Part shown: positions 47,922 through 57,428 of the stretch, piece by piece
How positions within the stretch are numbered: position 1 is the stretch's first letter
How the letters are laid out: the number at the start of each line of letters is the position of its first letter
Source: a virus
Taxonomy: Duplodnaviria; Caudoviricetes
Virus record (IMG/VR): IMGVR_UViG_3300009671_000009
Span: 160,467-224,466 of that record
Strand: one strand, 5' to 3'
DNA length: 64,000 bases
The notes under the pieces: model-generated
Databases searched by the model: none
Told to the model about the DNA's origin: nothing
What the model saw: the letters and a program-made list of their open reading frames with translations, nothing else
Position numbers and translations under genes: made by a program

Positions 47922-48320
47922 TTAGTTAAACATAGCGGCGATATAATCCAGGGCCTCTTCGATACTGTTCATGAATTTTGTAACATGATAATTAATCCAG
48001 ATATCGTTTTTGCCCCACTCGCCTACAAACAAGATAATCTTTTCTCTTGCATGGGCATACTCGATTTCCATCGCAGTGCCGTTAGATGTGCATTTTTCAG
48101 GCCAATAAACCAAAGTAACCTCAGCACAAGCTATATCATTTTTATCTCTTAGAACAATCTCGGCTGGTGTGTACGTCCCACGGTCTTTTTCAAGCTTTCC
48201 CCTAAGAGGATTCAATGCTTTAATACCGCGTTGTGCTAAAAATTGGGTAGCGGCTTCCCGCCATACGTTTGCCTCTGCAATTGTCATGGAGCCAATCGGC
48301 CCCGCTAAATAAACCTCCAT
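47922..48320 (-). CDS. Nucleoside 2-deoxyribosyltransferase-like protein
   Basis: 'VYLAGPI...WR...LNP...RDKNDI...SNGTAMEIEYA' matches the NDT family, including the catalytic-type Glu. Confidence 0.8.
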   Translation of the reverse strand: MEVYLAGPIGSMTIAEANVWREAATQFLAQRGIKALNPLRGKLEKDRGTYTPAEIVLRDKNDIACAEVTLVYWPEKCTSNGTAMEIEYAHAREKIILFVGEWGKNDIWINYHVTKFMNSIEEALDYIAAMFN

Positions 48321-48331
48321 GATACCTCCAT

Positions 48332-49198
48332 TTATACTGTTGCTGACATATTTTTAATTGTTCCATCTAGTGATACTTTTACTAGCCCCGTAACACTAGG
48401 TGTAAGCAATTTTTCTTCAGCATACATATCAAAGTAGTTAACCAATGAGCCTCCTACTACGTAAAGTCTTCGTCTTTTAACAACTTTGTCGCCTTCTAGT
48501 TCGCAAATACTCTCATCGTAGCTCATCCTTCTATGAGTATGACCAGAGAAGTACAGATCGGCAACTGCTACCTTACCAGCTTTAGATGCTGCATTGGCCG
48601 CTCCACCTGGAGTGGATCCTCCTCCTACTCCGTGGTGAAACATTACATGATATTCAATGTCATTTACATTGATACTAAGAAATCCTGAATATCCACAATA
48701 TGGAATGTCGAGATCATAACAAATTTCTTTCATCGGATCATCATCGGCAAATCGGGCAAGCCGTGCCTCATGATTACCAGATATCCCACCTAAGATTTTA
48801 CCTGCACAAGCAAGTGGTCTTAGTTTATTTGTTAGTGAACGACGTTGTTGCCCAACGTGCTCCTTTTCTTCATAGGCTGCCTTACCAACAGAATCTCTTG
48901 TGGCAACTTCACAGGAGTCTCCGCCTAGAAATGTATAGCAGTCTTCTGTGTCAAGTATGTACTCAAGGTACGAATCCAGGAGTTGTGTATCGCTGCCCTT
49001 GAGACCGTGATGGATATCGTATAGCGGAACTATGGTAATGAATCCTGATTGTGGCGTAAAGTTGTAAACTAAAGCGCTTTTTGTTTCAACGCTTTGTGAT
49101 GCAATTTTTGCGAATCTTTCATTCTTGGCCAATACTTCAAACTTTGCAAGTTCAGCAAGAACCTTATCAATCTTTTCTTCAATCTTCGCTGATTTCAC
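48332..49198 (-). CDS. Calcineurin-like metallophosphoesterase
   Basis: Motifs DIHHG, GGD, GNHE, HHG and GHTH in order. Confidence 0.88.
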   Translation of the reverse strand: MKSAKIEEKIDKVLAELAKFEVLAKNERFAKIASQSVETKSALVYNFTPQSGFITIVPLYDIHHGLKGSDTQLLDSYLEYILDTEDCYTFLGGDSCEVATRDSVGKAAYEEKEHVGQQRRSLTNKLRPLACAGKILGGISGNHEARLARFADDDPMKEICYDLDIPYCGYSGFLSINVNDIEYHVMFHHGVGGGSTPGGAANAASKAGKVAVADLYFSGHTHRRMSYDESICELEGDKVVKRRRLYVVGGSLVNYFDMYAEEKLLTPSVTGLVKVSLDGTIKNMSATV

Positions 49199-50948
49199 CG
49201 TATTGCCTCCAGTTTAGTGAATCGACCACAGGTTCTAGGGCTTGTTCGGACTCTTCAGCAATAACCTCTGAAGCATCGAGAAGACCAGTATTGTCATCAT
49301 CCCAATCGAGTTTTTCTTTCACTCGATCTACATATGACTGGATGTTATCCAACGAATTAAAGAATGTTTGATCTTGAACTGCCGCTAAGCCTATTTCGAT
49401 AATATCTAATGCTCTATAGATGGCTTCGGCCCAAGCTTTTTTCTCTGCATTGGACAACTTCTCGTTGACTGCATCTGTCCTAGACTTGGTGATTTTGTAA
49501 TAATCTAAAATAAAGTCTTGAAATTTATCTTCGATGTTATTTGCTACATCAATTATTGTATTCGCAAGACGGTCAACAGCTTGTGAAATAGGAATATATT
49601 TTTTTCTTTTTATTACTTTGCCTCTATCATTTGTGTAGCTATCATCGACAACTTTATACGGGATAAGCTTTGTACTCTCGCTTAGTTTGTCAAGCCACTT
49701 TAGAGGTGGCGCTATCATATTGACTTTCATTTCGGCAAAGAACGAAATTAACTGATTTGTGATTTGTTTAATAACTGGAGAGATAATGGTTAATATAAGA
49801 TCTGTTAGCTTTATAGATCTCATAGTTGACAGAGAATTTGCTACAGATACTATCTTCTTAATCTTTGTTATGTTTTCTCTTATCTCTCTGATATTGGCAT
49901 TAGGATCATCTTGGGCGTTTACGGTTAAAACAGCGCTAACAAGACCGTCGATGTTTCCTCCGCCGCCAAGGGCAGTTGTAATATCCTGTACAGTTAATCC
50001 GTACAGTTTTTTGGCACTCTCTTCTGTGTTGACAGCCCGATCTTCTACAACTCTTCCTATGAGAGGAGTGGTGTCTTCATCCATCTCAGACAACTTGCCT
50101 TCTATCTGAGATAATTCCAAGAACATATCTGGATCTGTATTGCCAGATTGAATGCTTGCTTCTAACTGGGTTTTACGATTCTCAAGGGATATTCTATCCT
50201 CGATCCTCTTTTTGGTGGATCCTTCCAAATCAAGCTCGCTGTCATATCCATAAGCGGTTGCCAGATTTCTGCAGTCACCATTAACAAAATCGATGTTAAT
50301 GTCCATGTCCATATCCAAAAGCACTGCATCTGGGTATAGGAGAGCTGGAACACAGTCTGCCTTCTCCATATAGAGATACATGACTGATCTTGCCTCTGGC
50401 GCAGTATCGCGGCATGCTCTGTCGAATACGTCAAACGTGATGTAAACATCACTCTCAATAGGATTCTCGATTAAATCTCCTACAGTTGAACCGAGAACAT
50501 ATGCTTTAAGAATTAATGCTTTTTCTTCAAATGGCTCATCAATAAGAACCTTAATATCTTTCAGCTTTTCCTTTAACTCAGCTAAGAGCCTAGTAGTCGC
50601 TGCTTTAGCTCCAGTTAAAGCTTTTTCGGTATTGGCTAGGTTGTATGTAACAAGATACGACAGTTCAGCCGAAGGCATAAAGTTCTCATGAAGCTTCTGT
50701 TGCTGGTCTATCTTCTCTCGTTTAATATAACTAAGTGCGGGATTGTAGTTAATGATATCTCGTTCAATCTGAGTATCAATACCTCGAAACCCGTAATTAT
50801 ATAGAATGTCTAGCTCGTCCATATCTAACCTCCTTAAAAAGGTGAGTAGGGGTTTGAGGGCTATCAAAACCCCGTACTCTAAAGGATAATAAGGTGGAGG
50901 TTTGTTGATCGTTGTGTAGAAGGATTTGTACAACGATGCAGAGGACAA
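49179..50948 (-). CDS. Hypothetical helical protein (589 aa)
   Basis: Long ORF in the packaging operon with no recognisable motif; exact start uncertain. Confidence 0.6.
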   Translation of the reverse strand: MSSASLYKSFYTTINKPPPYYPLEYGVLIALKPLLTFLRRLDMDELDILYNYGFRGIDTQIERDIINYNPALSYIKREKIDQQQKLHENFMPSAELSYLVTYNLANTEKALTGAKAATTRLLAELKEKLKDIKVLIDEPFEEKALILKAYVLGSTVGDLIENPIESDVYITFDVFDRACRDTAPEARSVMYLYMEKADCVPALLYPDAVLLDMDMDINIDFVNGDCRNLATAYGYDSELDLEGSTKKRIEDRISLENRKTQLEASIQSGNTDPDMFLELSQIEGKLSEMDEDTTPLIGRVVEDRAVNTEESAKKLYGLTVQDITTALGGGGNIDGLVSAVLTVNAQDDPNANIREIRENITKIKKIVSVANSLSTMRSIKLTDLILTIISPVIKQITNQLISFFAEMKVNMIAPPLKWLDKLSESTKLIPYKVVDDSYTNDRGKVIKRKKYIPISQAVDRLANTIIDVANNIEDKFQDFILDYYKITKSRTDAVNEKLSNAEKKAWAEAIYRALDIIEIGLAAVQDQTFFNSLDNIQSYVDRVKEKLDWDDDNTGLLDASEVIAEESEQALEPVVDSLNWRQYGEISED

Positions 50949-50981
50949 ATGGCAGGACTGAGTCCTACCTTATGCGAGGGA

Positions 50982-52841
50982 TTAAAAAGAACCCCTCGAG
51001 TTATGTCTTCGTTGAGTACCTCTTGGTACAAACGGAGAGTTCGTAAACAGGTTGACTGTAGTCTGATCTACGTTCCTGTTTTTGTTTGTGTCCCTAATAT
51101 CATCCACTCTAAACCATGTTTGATAATCTTTAGGATGTTCACCCTTGGTTGTATATTGATACTGCCCTCGGGCTCTACTTGCTTTGGCGTATGCATCATC
51201 AACATTAATATCGCGAGGCCCTCTTGTGATAGGGATCACAGGAGCAACTATAGGAGGAGCAACTGTCATCTTCCTGGTTGGCTCGTACTTTTGTACGAAC
51301 TTGATGTGGTCTGGCAATTGTTCAGCAATAGCTAATGCGCAAAGCATGAGTGCATCAACAGAATGTTCATTTACCGAAGTGTAAGTGGGTCTACCATCAA
51401 CAGAGACTTTCTCGACACGGTAGTTCTCCATTTGTTTCCACATCTCATCGTCATTCTTATTAAGAACGAGTCGATCACGCTCTAAGAGAATTACAGTCTG
51501 AGTAACCATCCATGGTTTTATAGGTTTTTTAACCATTTCTCCAGTTCCTGGGTCTCTGATCTCTCTGGATTCTCCAAAATGAATCCCTTTTACTCGTTTG
51601 TGTAGAAGATAGGCTGGATCATGTGGATTGCTGCCTGCATCTTTGCCCATCTTGTGGAGCATTTCAACTTGGTATTCACCAGCGCCGCGGTCTACATAGA
51701 TCCATTCTGGCTGATAAATCATATTCCATTCTACGACTTTGCGAACTCCTGCATCCAAAGTGAACTCTTCGGCAGGGATTGATATACGATTGATTACTTT
51801 AAACATGCCTTTTTGTCCAGATTCGTTTTCTTCGTCTGGACACCACTCTAAGCAGCATAAAGTTGGAGTGGCTTGTATCTTATCCCAGTCAACTCCGATT
51901 ACTCTGACTGGGCCTTCGATAGCTTTTTCTATATATTGATAATCGCGCTTTGATCTATCAATGTGACTTTTGTTAAAAACACCGACAGCCTCAACGCCGA
52001 ATTCGGCAAGTATTTCGTGAACGTAGCCCGCTTCACCAAGCGTAACTTTCCATTGGTAAATTTCCTGTTCTCGCTCATCTTCTGTCATATCCATCCATCC
52101 AGGGTTAGCTAGTGATGGATAATAATACTCAGTCCACATAGCGCTTCTACCTGTACCATGATATCTGCCAGGAGGCACCTCAAGAATGTTGTCTTGAGCA
52201 TCCATACAGAATTCGTAGAATTTTCCACGTCTTCCGTTTGGAGTTGAGGAGATCATCAATCCAATTGGTGGTAAGTACTTCGGTCTGTTTTTATCAGACG
52301 CGATGGCAAAGATAGCTGTAATATCATCGTCAGTCATGTAATCCATCTCATCGACGATGATCCAGTCAGCATACTGACCACGCATGTTTCCTGCGCCAGC
52401 GCCAGATTTGGTGCCAGCAGTAAAACCTGCTATAGTTGCTTTGTTCTTAAACTCAATATATTCAGGATTTTTTCTATTAACTGCAATACTTTGTTGCAGT
52501 TCTGGACTCTTAGCGATAAGCTCTCGAATCCGTTTAAAAATTAACTTTACTTGACTTTCATATGGGGTTGCAACCAGACACACGGAAGGTCTGACTTTTG
52601 GATCATCTGGATCTTCACCGTGAGTAAAGGCAAACCATAGAACAAATACAGCCAACATATCCGATTTGCCTGTACGTCTGCCCCACCTAAGCACTTTTCT
52701 ATAATACATGTCTCGCAGCGCTTCTGCTTGGTAAGGATATGCCTCCCATCCAAAGTGATGTTGTGCAAACTTAACAGGGTCGGATAATACTTCTAGAAGC
52801 TCTTTTTCTTCAAAAGAAAAAGTTTCATCCATAATTACCAC
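50982..52841 (-). CDS. terL: Terminase large subunit
   Basis: 'YPYQ' adenine-binding motif, Walker A 'GRRTGKS', Walker B 'IIVDE', 'SSTPNG', RNase H-like 'IGVDW' and 'EHSVDALM'. Confidence 0.95.
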   Translation of the reverse strand: MVIMDETFSFEEKELLEVLSDPVKFAQHHFGWEAYPYQAEALRDMYYRKVLRWGRRTGKSDMLAVFVLWFAFTHGEDPDDPKVRPSVCLVATPYESQVKLIFKRIRELIAKSPELQQSIAVNRKNPEYIEFKNKATIAGFTAGTKSGAGAGNMRGQYADWIIVDEMDYMTDDDITAIFAIASDKNRPKYLPPIGLMISSTPNGRRGKFYEFCMDAQDNILEVPPGRYHGTGRSAMWTEYYYPSLANPGWMDMTEDEREQEIYQWKVTLGEAGYVHEILAEFGVEAVGVFNKSHIDRSKRDYQYIEKAIEGPVRVIGVDWDKIQATPTLCCLEWCPDEENESGQKGMFKVINRISIPAEEFTLDAGVRKVVEWNMIYQPEWIYVDRGAGEYQVEMLHKMGKDAGSNPHDPAYLLHKRVKGIHFGESREIRDPGTGEMVKKPIKPWMVTQTVILLERDRLVLNKNDDEMWKQMENYRVEKVSVDGRPTYTSVNEHSVDALMLCALAIAEQLPDHIKFVQKYEPTRKMTVAPPIVAPVIPITRGPRDINVDDAYAKASRARGQYQYTTKGEHPKDYQTWFRVDDIRDTNKNRNVDQTTVNLFTNSPFVPRGTQRRHNSRGSF

Positions 52842-52855
52842 TCCCCTAGTGTTGT

Positions 52856-53095
52856 CTATTTTCTATTTTTTAGCATCTGTTGTAGACTGTTCATAATCTG
52901 TCCTGGTTCAAACTGCGGCCCGACAGACAGACCTGCGGCTTTAAGAGCTCTTTGACTCCTAAGCGCGTTGTTTACTTTTGTAATAGTAGGCATCGAGTTC
53001 TCAAATACTTCAGATGCAACTTTAACTAATCCTGTTGATCCTTGAATTCCCTGAATAAAGTTAATAGGTTGTGTATATAGCGCCATTAATATCAT
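52856..53095 (-). CDS. Small hypothetical protein
   Basis: Tightly packed ORF with RBS (AGAGG). Confidence 0.55.
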   Translation of the reverse strand: MILMALYTQPINFIQGIQGSTGLVKVASEVFENSMPTITKVNNALRSQRALKAAGLSVGPQFEPGQIMNSLQQMLKNRK

Positions 53096-53102
53096 CCTCT
53101 TT

Positions 53103-53480
53103 TTATACGTGTCCCATAGTTCTCATCTTTACAAGCATTTCTTGTTTAATAATCCTTTCGGAAGCCTCTCTGGCCGCCACTTCAGACTCTGATGTGAAGT
53201 ATGGAGTTTTATAATCTGAAGGTCTAAAACCTGGATTTGATGCACGCGCTTTTTCAACTGGACTTATATATGATGGGCCGCTAGACTTAATGCTGAGTTT
53301 CTCAACTGCTCTTCTGCCAGCATCAGACAAAGGTTTACCTTCTCCGATGATGTTAGCAGCTGCTTGCTCAGGAGTTAAAGCACCAGCGACTTTGAGTCTG
53401 TCTATTGTAGGGTTTATTCCTCTACCTCCGCGCTCAGCTCCAACAGTTGGTACCGCAGTGGAAGCAAAGTTTCCAGTCAT
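53103..53480 (-). CDS. Hypothetical protein
   Basis: ATGA overlap with the upstream gene. Confidence 0.6.
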   Translation of the reverse strand: MTGNFASTAVPTVGAERGGRGINPTIDRLKVAGALTPEQAAANIIGEGKPLSDAGRRAVEKLSIKSSGPSYISPVEKARASNPGFRPSDYKTPYFTSESEVAAREASERIIKQEMLVKMRTMGHV

Positions 53481-53818
53481 TGTTTTTTAACTGCAGGAGC
53501 TGAGGCTACTTGGCTAGCTGTTTCTGCTGCATTAGCGACTGCTGCACCAGCTCCAAGTTGTGGCCTTACTCCTTTATAGGCACCATAAGCGCCACCAATA
53601 GCACCGCCATATGCAGCGCCTTTGATTCCGCCTTTTAGGATACCTCCCATATCTTCTCTCTGGAGTGCAGCTAGTCCTGCGCCACCAGCGGCTCCGACAC
53701 CTGCTCCCAGGATCGCCTTGCTTCGAGCAAGTTCAAGCACAGGTTTGGGATTTATAGACTTTATCTCGTTCATGATCTTTGTGAGACCACTATTTAGAAA
53801 ACCTGCCACTAAACTCAC
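53477..53818 (-). CDS. Glycine-zipper protein
   Basis: 'ILGAGVGAAGGAGLAAL...GAAYGGAIGGAYGAY'. Confidence 0.65.
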   Translation of the reverse strand: MSLVAGFLNSGLTKIMNEIKSINPKPVLELARSKAILGAGVGAAGGAGLAALQREDMGGILKGGIKGAAYGGAIGGAYGAYKGVRPQLGAGAAVANAAETASQVASAPAVKKQ

Positions 53819-53821
53819 TCC

Positions 53822-54229
53822 TTATAGATATCGACTTGTATTGAATACTGATCGACCTCTTAGGAAATGATTATATCGCGCTTCGTTGTAGACACTTCGC
53901 CCTCCAGTGTAGCCTCCATAACCAATTGCGCCAAGCATAGCTCCTCTAACGGTATCTCTACCCATAGCTCCATCGCCAGAAAGAGCGCTATACGAAGCTC
54001 CTACTCCTGCTCCCCATGCAGCACCAATTCCTGCTCTGCGGGCCGCATTCATACCTATGGATTTCCATCGATCTAGCCCAATATCTTGGACTCCTCTGAT
54101 AACTCCCATAACTTCGCCATGTGCCATTTTTCCAGCATACATGAGATCTCTTCCCATTCCTTTGATGCTTCCGAGACCGTCGATCTTGTTAATCACTTTT
54201 GTAATTGCCCCATTGAACGGAATATTCAC
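53822..54229 (-). CDS. Glycine-zipper protein
   Basis: 'AGIGAAWGAGVGASY...GAMLGAIGYGGY'; similar layout to 53477-53818. Confidence 0.65.
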   Translation of the reverse strand: MNIPFNGAITKVINKIDGLGSIKGMGRDLMYAGKMAHGEVMGVIRGVQDIGLDRWKSIGMNAARRAGIGAAWGAGVGASYSALSGDGAMGRDTVRGAMLGAIGYGGYTGGRSVYNEARYNHFLRGRSVFNTSRYL

Positions 54230-54246
54230 AGTACCTCACCTCTCTA

Positions 54247-54660
54247 TTACCGATGTAAGAAACTTGCTTCGTTTCCTAAAACCTGTCTACCATTTATTCT
54301 AGATTGTTGGATAGCTTGAACCGCAGCTTGTCTTTGAGTTAATGCTTGATGTGTATCGCGATATCCGCCACCGATCTGTTTTTGACCGTAATTCCGTGCA
54401 AGCACTCTATCCCACTTGCTCTCGGCAAGATTGTACATAGTGCTTACGCCCATAACGCCTAATTGACCTAGGAAAAAGATGTTTCCAACAGGGCCAACAG
54501 CGTTCCACATGACAGCTTCTCCAAGACCTTTAACCATTGCTGTAACTGGATCATTGCCGTCCATTAAAGAATAGCCAGCAAAGGCCATCGTAGCATCTGT
54601 CATGAAGTTTCCAACGCCAAAGTTGCGTTTCCCGCCGACCATTTTACCTATTGCTGGCAT
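54247..54660 (-). CDS. Gly-rich hypothetical protein, possibly virion-internal
   Basis: Hydrophobic Gly-rich middle and a Gln/Arg C-terminus 'TQRQAAVQAIQQSR'. Confidence 0.6.
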   Translation of the reverse strand: MPAIGKMVGGKRNFGVGNFMTDATMAFAGYSLMDGNDPVTAMVKGLGEAVMWNAVGPVGNIFFLGQLGVMGVSTMYNLAESKWDRVLARNYGQKQIGGGYRDTHQALTQRQAAVQAIQQSRINGRQVLGNEASFLHR

Positions 54661-54666
54661 TTATCA

Positions 54667-55113
54667 TCACCCATGTCTATTTTTATGTAATGCTTGTACA
54701 ATACCAGTAGAGTTCAAGTCACTCGCCATGTTTTGCATTCCGTCGAATGTCATTGAACTCGGAAGATTTGGTGCAAGAGGAGTTGTGAATGTCGGGACAG
54801 GAGCTGTCTCATCTCCAAGAATTCCTGTGTTGCCTTCTTCTTGAGGCTGAACTCTCATACCGTTAGCCATTTCGTCTCCCATGCTCCATCCAGAAATAAG
54901 AGCAGCAAACGCAAGAGACCCAGCCATCCAAGGCTTGGGCTTTCTACCCAAGATATTGGACATATCATGATATGTTCTGTTGAACATCACTCTGTCCGCT
55001 CCTCTTAGATAGTGAGAAACAGTCCCTGGAAGATCTTTGGTTCCTTGCTTGGTGACACCACCCAACCTGGCAAGGAACTTATTAACATACGGTGTCTGAC
55101 CAGGTTGTACCAT
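54667..55113 (-). CDS. Hypothetical protein with one hydrophobic segment
   Basis: 'WMAGSLAFAALISGW' putative transmembrane segment. Confidence 0.6.
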   Translation of the reverse strand: MVQPGQTPYVNKFLARLGGVTKQGTKDLPGTVSHYLRGADRVMFNRTYHDMSNILGRKPKPWMAGSLAFAALISGWSMGDEMANGMRVQPQEEGNTGILGDETAPVPTFTTPLAPNLPSSMTFDGMQNMASDLNSTGIVQALHKNRHG

Positions 55114-55116
55114 GTC

Positions 55117-55299
55117 TTACCGCCCCTTATGAACATATTCTATAAAATCATTGAACATGCCGACACATTTTCTGTGGGCATAAAATAAAAGCTTGCCTCC
55201 AGCAACCACTCTAGTGACTGCTTTGGTTTCGCTCCCGTCTATTCTTTTTTTACATAGAGGACATATATCAATTGGTTGATGGGAAATTCTAACTATCAT
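55117..55299 (-). CDS. Small zinc-ribbon protein (60 aa)
   Basis: Likely true start at 55299 (MIVRISH); 'CPLC...HRKC'. Confidence 0.5.
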   Translation of the reverse strand: MIVRISHQPIDICPLCKKRIDGSETKAVTRVVAGGKLLFYAHRKCVGMFNDFIEYVHKGR

Positions 55300-55990
55300 C
55301 CCTGGCAGGTTTTGCTTCGACATTGATTGTCTTCCTTTCAAGCTCTTCCTGCTCTCTTCTGAGTTGCTCTGATTTACGTAGAATCCTAGTTGCATAAGTA
55401 CTAGGATCGATAATGATAGCCTGATCAGTCTTGGCTTTATCTTTAGGGGTTGAATTGAGCAACGAATAGGCATTATTTCGTTGAGTATATGCCTTATCAC
55501 GAATAGCAAGGGCAGGATGCGCATCTAACTTTGTTATGACTCTTCCTTGAGGTGTCATCCCTATCGGTGTATCCTTAAGAATGTCCGCATCTCTTGCAAG
55601 TATAGCATTGCATCTATTAATAGTAATCTCTGCATCAATAAGAGATTTGATCAGTCCCAGATTGATAATTTGCGTTGTATCGATCTGCAACTCTTTTGTA
55701 TAGTCGTCGTACAACTTAAGCAGCAAAGCAATCTCTACCACACACGGTTCGCCTTCTGGTGCCATGTCTGACATATAAGCAGCACATGTATCGCAGTAAG
55801 GACATTGAGAAGCTTTGCATATAATTGGTATATTAGCAAAAAGACCGTGCTTGGTCTTTTGTACTTTTTGAGAAACCTGTAGGCCTTGCTTGGCCTTTTC
55901 TGACATCTTGAGCCAGGGGTACTCTGGCTCCTTCGTAAGAGCGGTTTCTTCGGGAACGGCTGGAACCTGAGCTTTTTCTTCCTCACTCAT
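55289..55990 (-). CDS. terS: Terminase small subunit
   Basis: Start MSEEEK overlaps the upstream stop. 'HPALAIRDKAYTQRNNAYSLLNSTPKDKAK' resembles the P27-type TerS C-terminal motif; first gene of the packaging region. Confidence 0.65.
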   Translation of the reverse strand: MSEEEKAQVPAVPEETALTKEPEYPWLKMSEKAKQGLQVSQKVQKTKHGLFANIPIICKASQCPYCDTCAAYMSDMAPEGEPCVVEIALLLKLYDDYTKELQIDTTQIINLGLIKSLIDAEITINRCNAILARDADILKDTPIGMTPQGRVITKLDAHPALAIRDKAYTQRNNAYSLLNSTPKDKAKTDQAIIIDPSTYATRILRKSEQLRREQEELERKTINVEAKPARDDS

Positions 55991-56399
55991 CGGAAGCCTC
56001 TCCCTTCTTTTTATCCGCACGAATCTTACGCATCAAATCTCTTTGATAGGCGTTGTACTCTTCGCGGTTCTCGGCTCTCTTCTCTCGCTTTCTAGCCGCA
56101 TCTTTTTCGCGCCGTATCCGTTTTTTGCAATCTTCGCAGACTACGTGCCCTTTCTTCAAAAGGCGCTTCCTAGTCTGCTCATCAAGTTCACAATCAGGAT
56201 CAACCACGTTGTTACATTCGAGACAAACGATCTGTTGGTATTTCCACCAGAGCCTAGCATCAATGGCGTAGATATTGGCGTATTTACGTAGCGTTTTCTC
56301 GGTAACTTCAAGTTTTTGTGCAGCCTGCTTAATCGTTAAGTGTTGGTTAAGCAAGAGATCGGTGAGCTCATTTCTGCCCACAAGGAACTCTCTACCCAT
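55983..56399 (-). CDS. HTH + zinc-finger DNA-binding protein
   Basis: RBS GGAGAG before MGREF. HTH 'TIKQAAQKLEVTEKTLRKY', CxxC...CxxC and a basic helix. Confidence 0.7.
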   Translation of the reverse strand: MGREFLVGRNELTDLLLNQHLTIKQAAQKLEVTEKTLRKYANIYAIDARLWWKYQQIVCLECNNVVDPDCELDEQTRKRLLKKGHVVCEDCKKRIRREKDAARKREKRAENREEYNAYQRDLMRKIRADKKKGEASDE

Positions 56400-56546
56400 A
56401 CTAGACTCTCCTTTCCTTTTTTGGACTAACAAAATTTGACAATAAAAATTTCAAATTATTTATCTCCCTAATAGTACATAACCACGTATACATGTCATTT
56501 TGCATAATAGAAACTTATTTGACCTTTAATCGAATGTAGACCGTGA

Positions 56547-57248
56547 CTAAATTTTCTTCTTGCGCAAATCTCTCATAAGATTCCTTTGGTATTCATTGTA
56601 TGATTCTCTGTTTTTTGCTCTTTCCTTTCGCTTTCTATTTCTATCCTTTTCTCGTCTAATATCTAATTTACAATTGTCACACAACCTATTTGTTTTGTTG
56701 ATAAGTTGGATTCTGTTTTTCTTGTCTAGTGATATTTTAGGATCCATTTCTTTACCACAACGGGAACAACAAATTTGTTGATATTTCCACCAATCAAATG
56801 GATTAATATCGTACCTTCTTGCATATCTACGCACTGTTTTTTCTGTAACCATTAGGATATTTGATACAGCTTTGCACGTAAGATGTTGATATATAAGCAA
56901 GTCAATCAATTGATCTTTTGATAAGAGCTGTCGTTTTGGAGGCTTGTGATTTCCTCCAGCGCGTTGCATAATGTTATATCCATTTTCTGGATTATATGAT
57001 GCAAACTTATCAATCCAGTATTGCTCTCTGGAAATTAACACTTCTTTATTGTCAGAAAGTTCTTCTAATATTTCAAAAGAGAAACTGTTTGAATCATACT
57101 TATTCCATGCATTTTGTAAATGTGAAGAATGGTGAAAGCCGTTTTTAAGCAACCAAATATGGTTCTTCCACCTATTCTCGATGTCACAAGAACTCCCCAC
57201 ATATACTTTATTGTCAATAGTATTTCTTATGCAATAAATACCTGTCAC
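56547..57248 (-). CDS. GIY-YIG endonuclease with C-terminal HTH/Zn-finger domain
   Basis: 'GIYCIRN...VYVGSS...R...H...LQNAWNKY...EQYWID...GYN'. The C-terminal half is a paralog of 55983-56399. Confidence 0.9.
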   Translation of the reverse strand: MTGIYCIRNTIDNKVYVGSSCDIENRWKNHIWLLKNGFHHSSHLQNAWNKYDSNSFSFEILEELSDNKEVLISREQYWIDKFASYNPENGYNIMQRAGGNHKPPKRQLLSKDQLIDLLIYQHLTCKAVSNILMVTEKTVRRYARRYDINPFDWWKYQQICCSRCGKEMDPKISLDKKNRIQLINKTNRLCDNCKLDIRREKDRNRKRKERAKNRESYNEYQRNLMRDLRKKKI

Positions 57249-57254
57249 TTCAAA

Positions 57255-57428
57255 TCACTCTTTTTCTTGGACTATCAAAGTAATATCTTGGTTTTCAGAT
57301 AAGATAATAGACCTAAAAGGAAGCTCGCCAGAGAGATCCCTAGCGAGCTGTTCTACGGCCTCCTCGTTCTTAACCCTGAAAATAACAAAGATGTCTTGCT
57401 TAAGGTCTTTGACGAAGATGGTTTCCAT
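57255..57428 (-). CDS. Small hypothetical protein (57 aa)
   Basis: METIFVKDLK...; start overlaps the upstream stop (TAATG); below the ORF-track cutoff. Confidence 0.55.
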   Translation of the reverse strand: METIFVKDLKQDIFVIFRVKNEEAVEQLARDLSGELPFRSIILSENQDITLIVQEKE

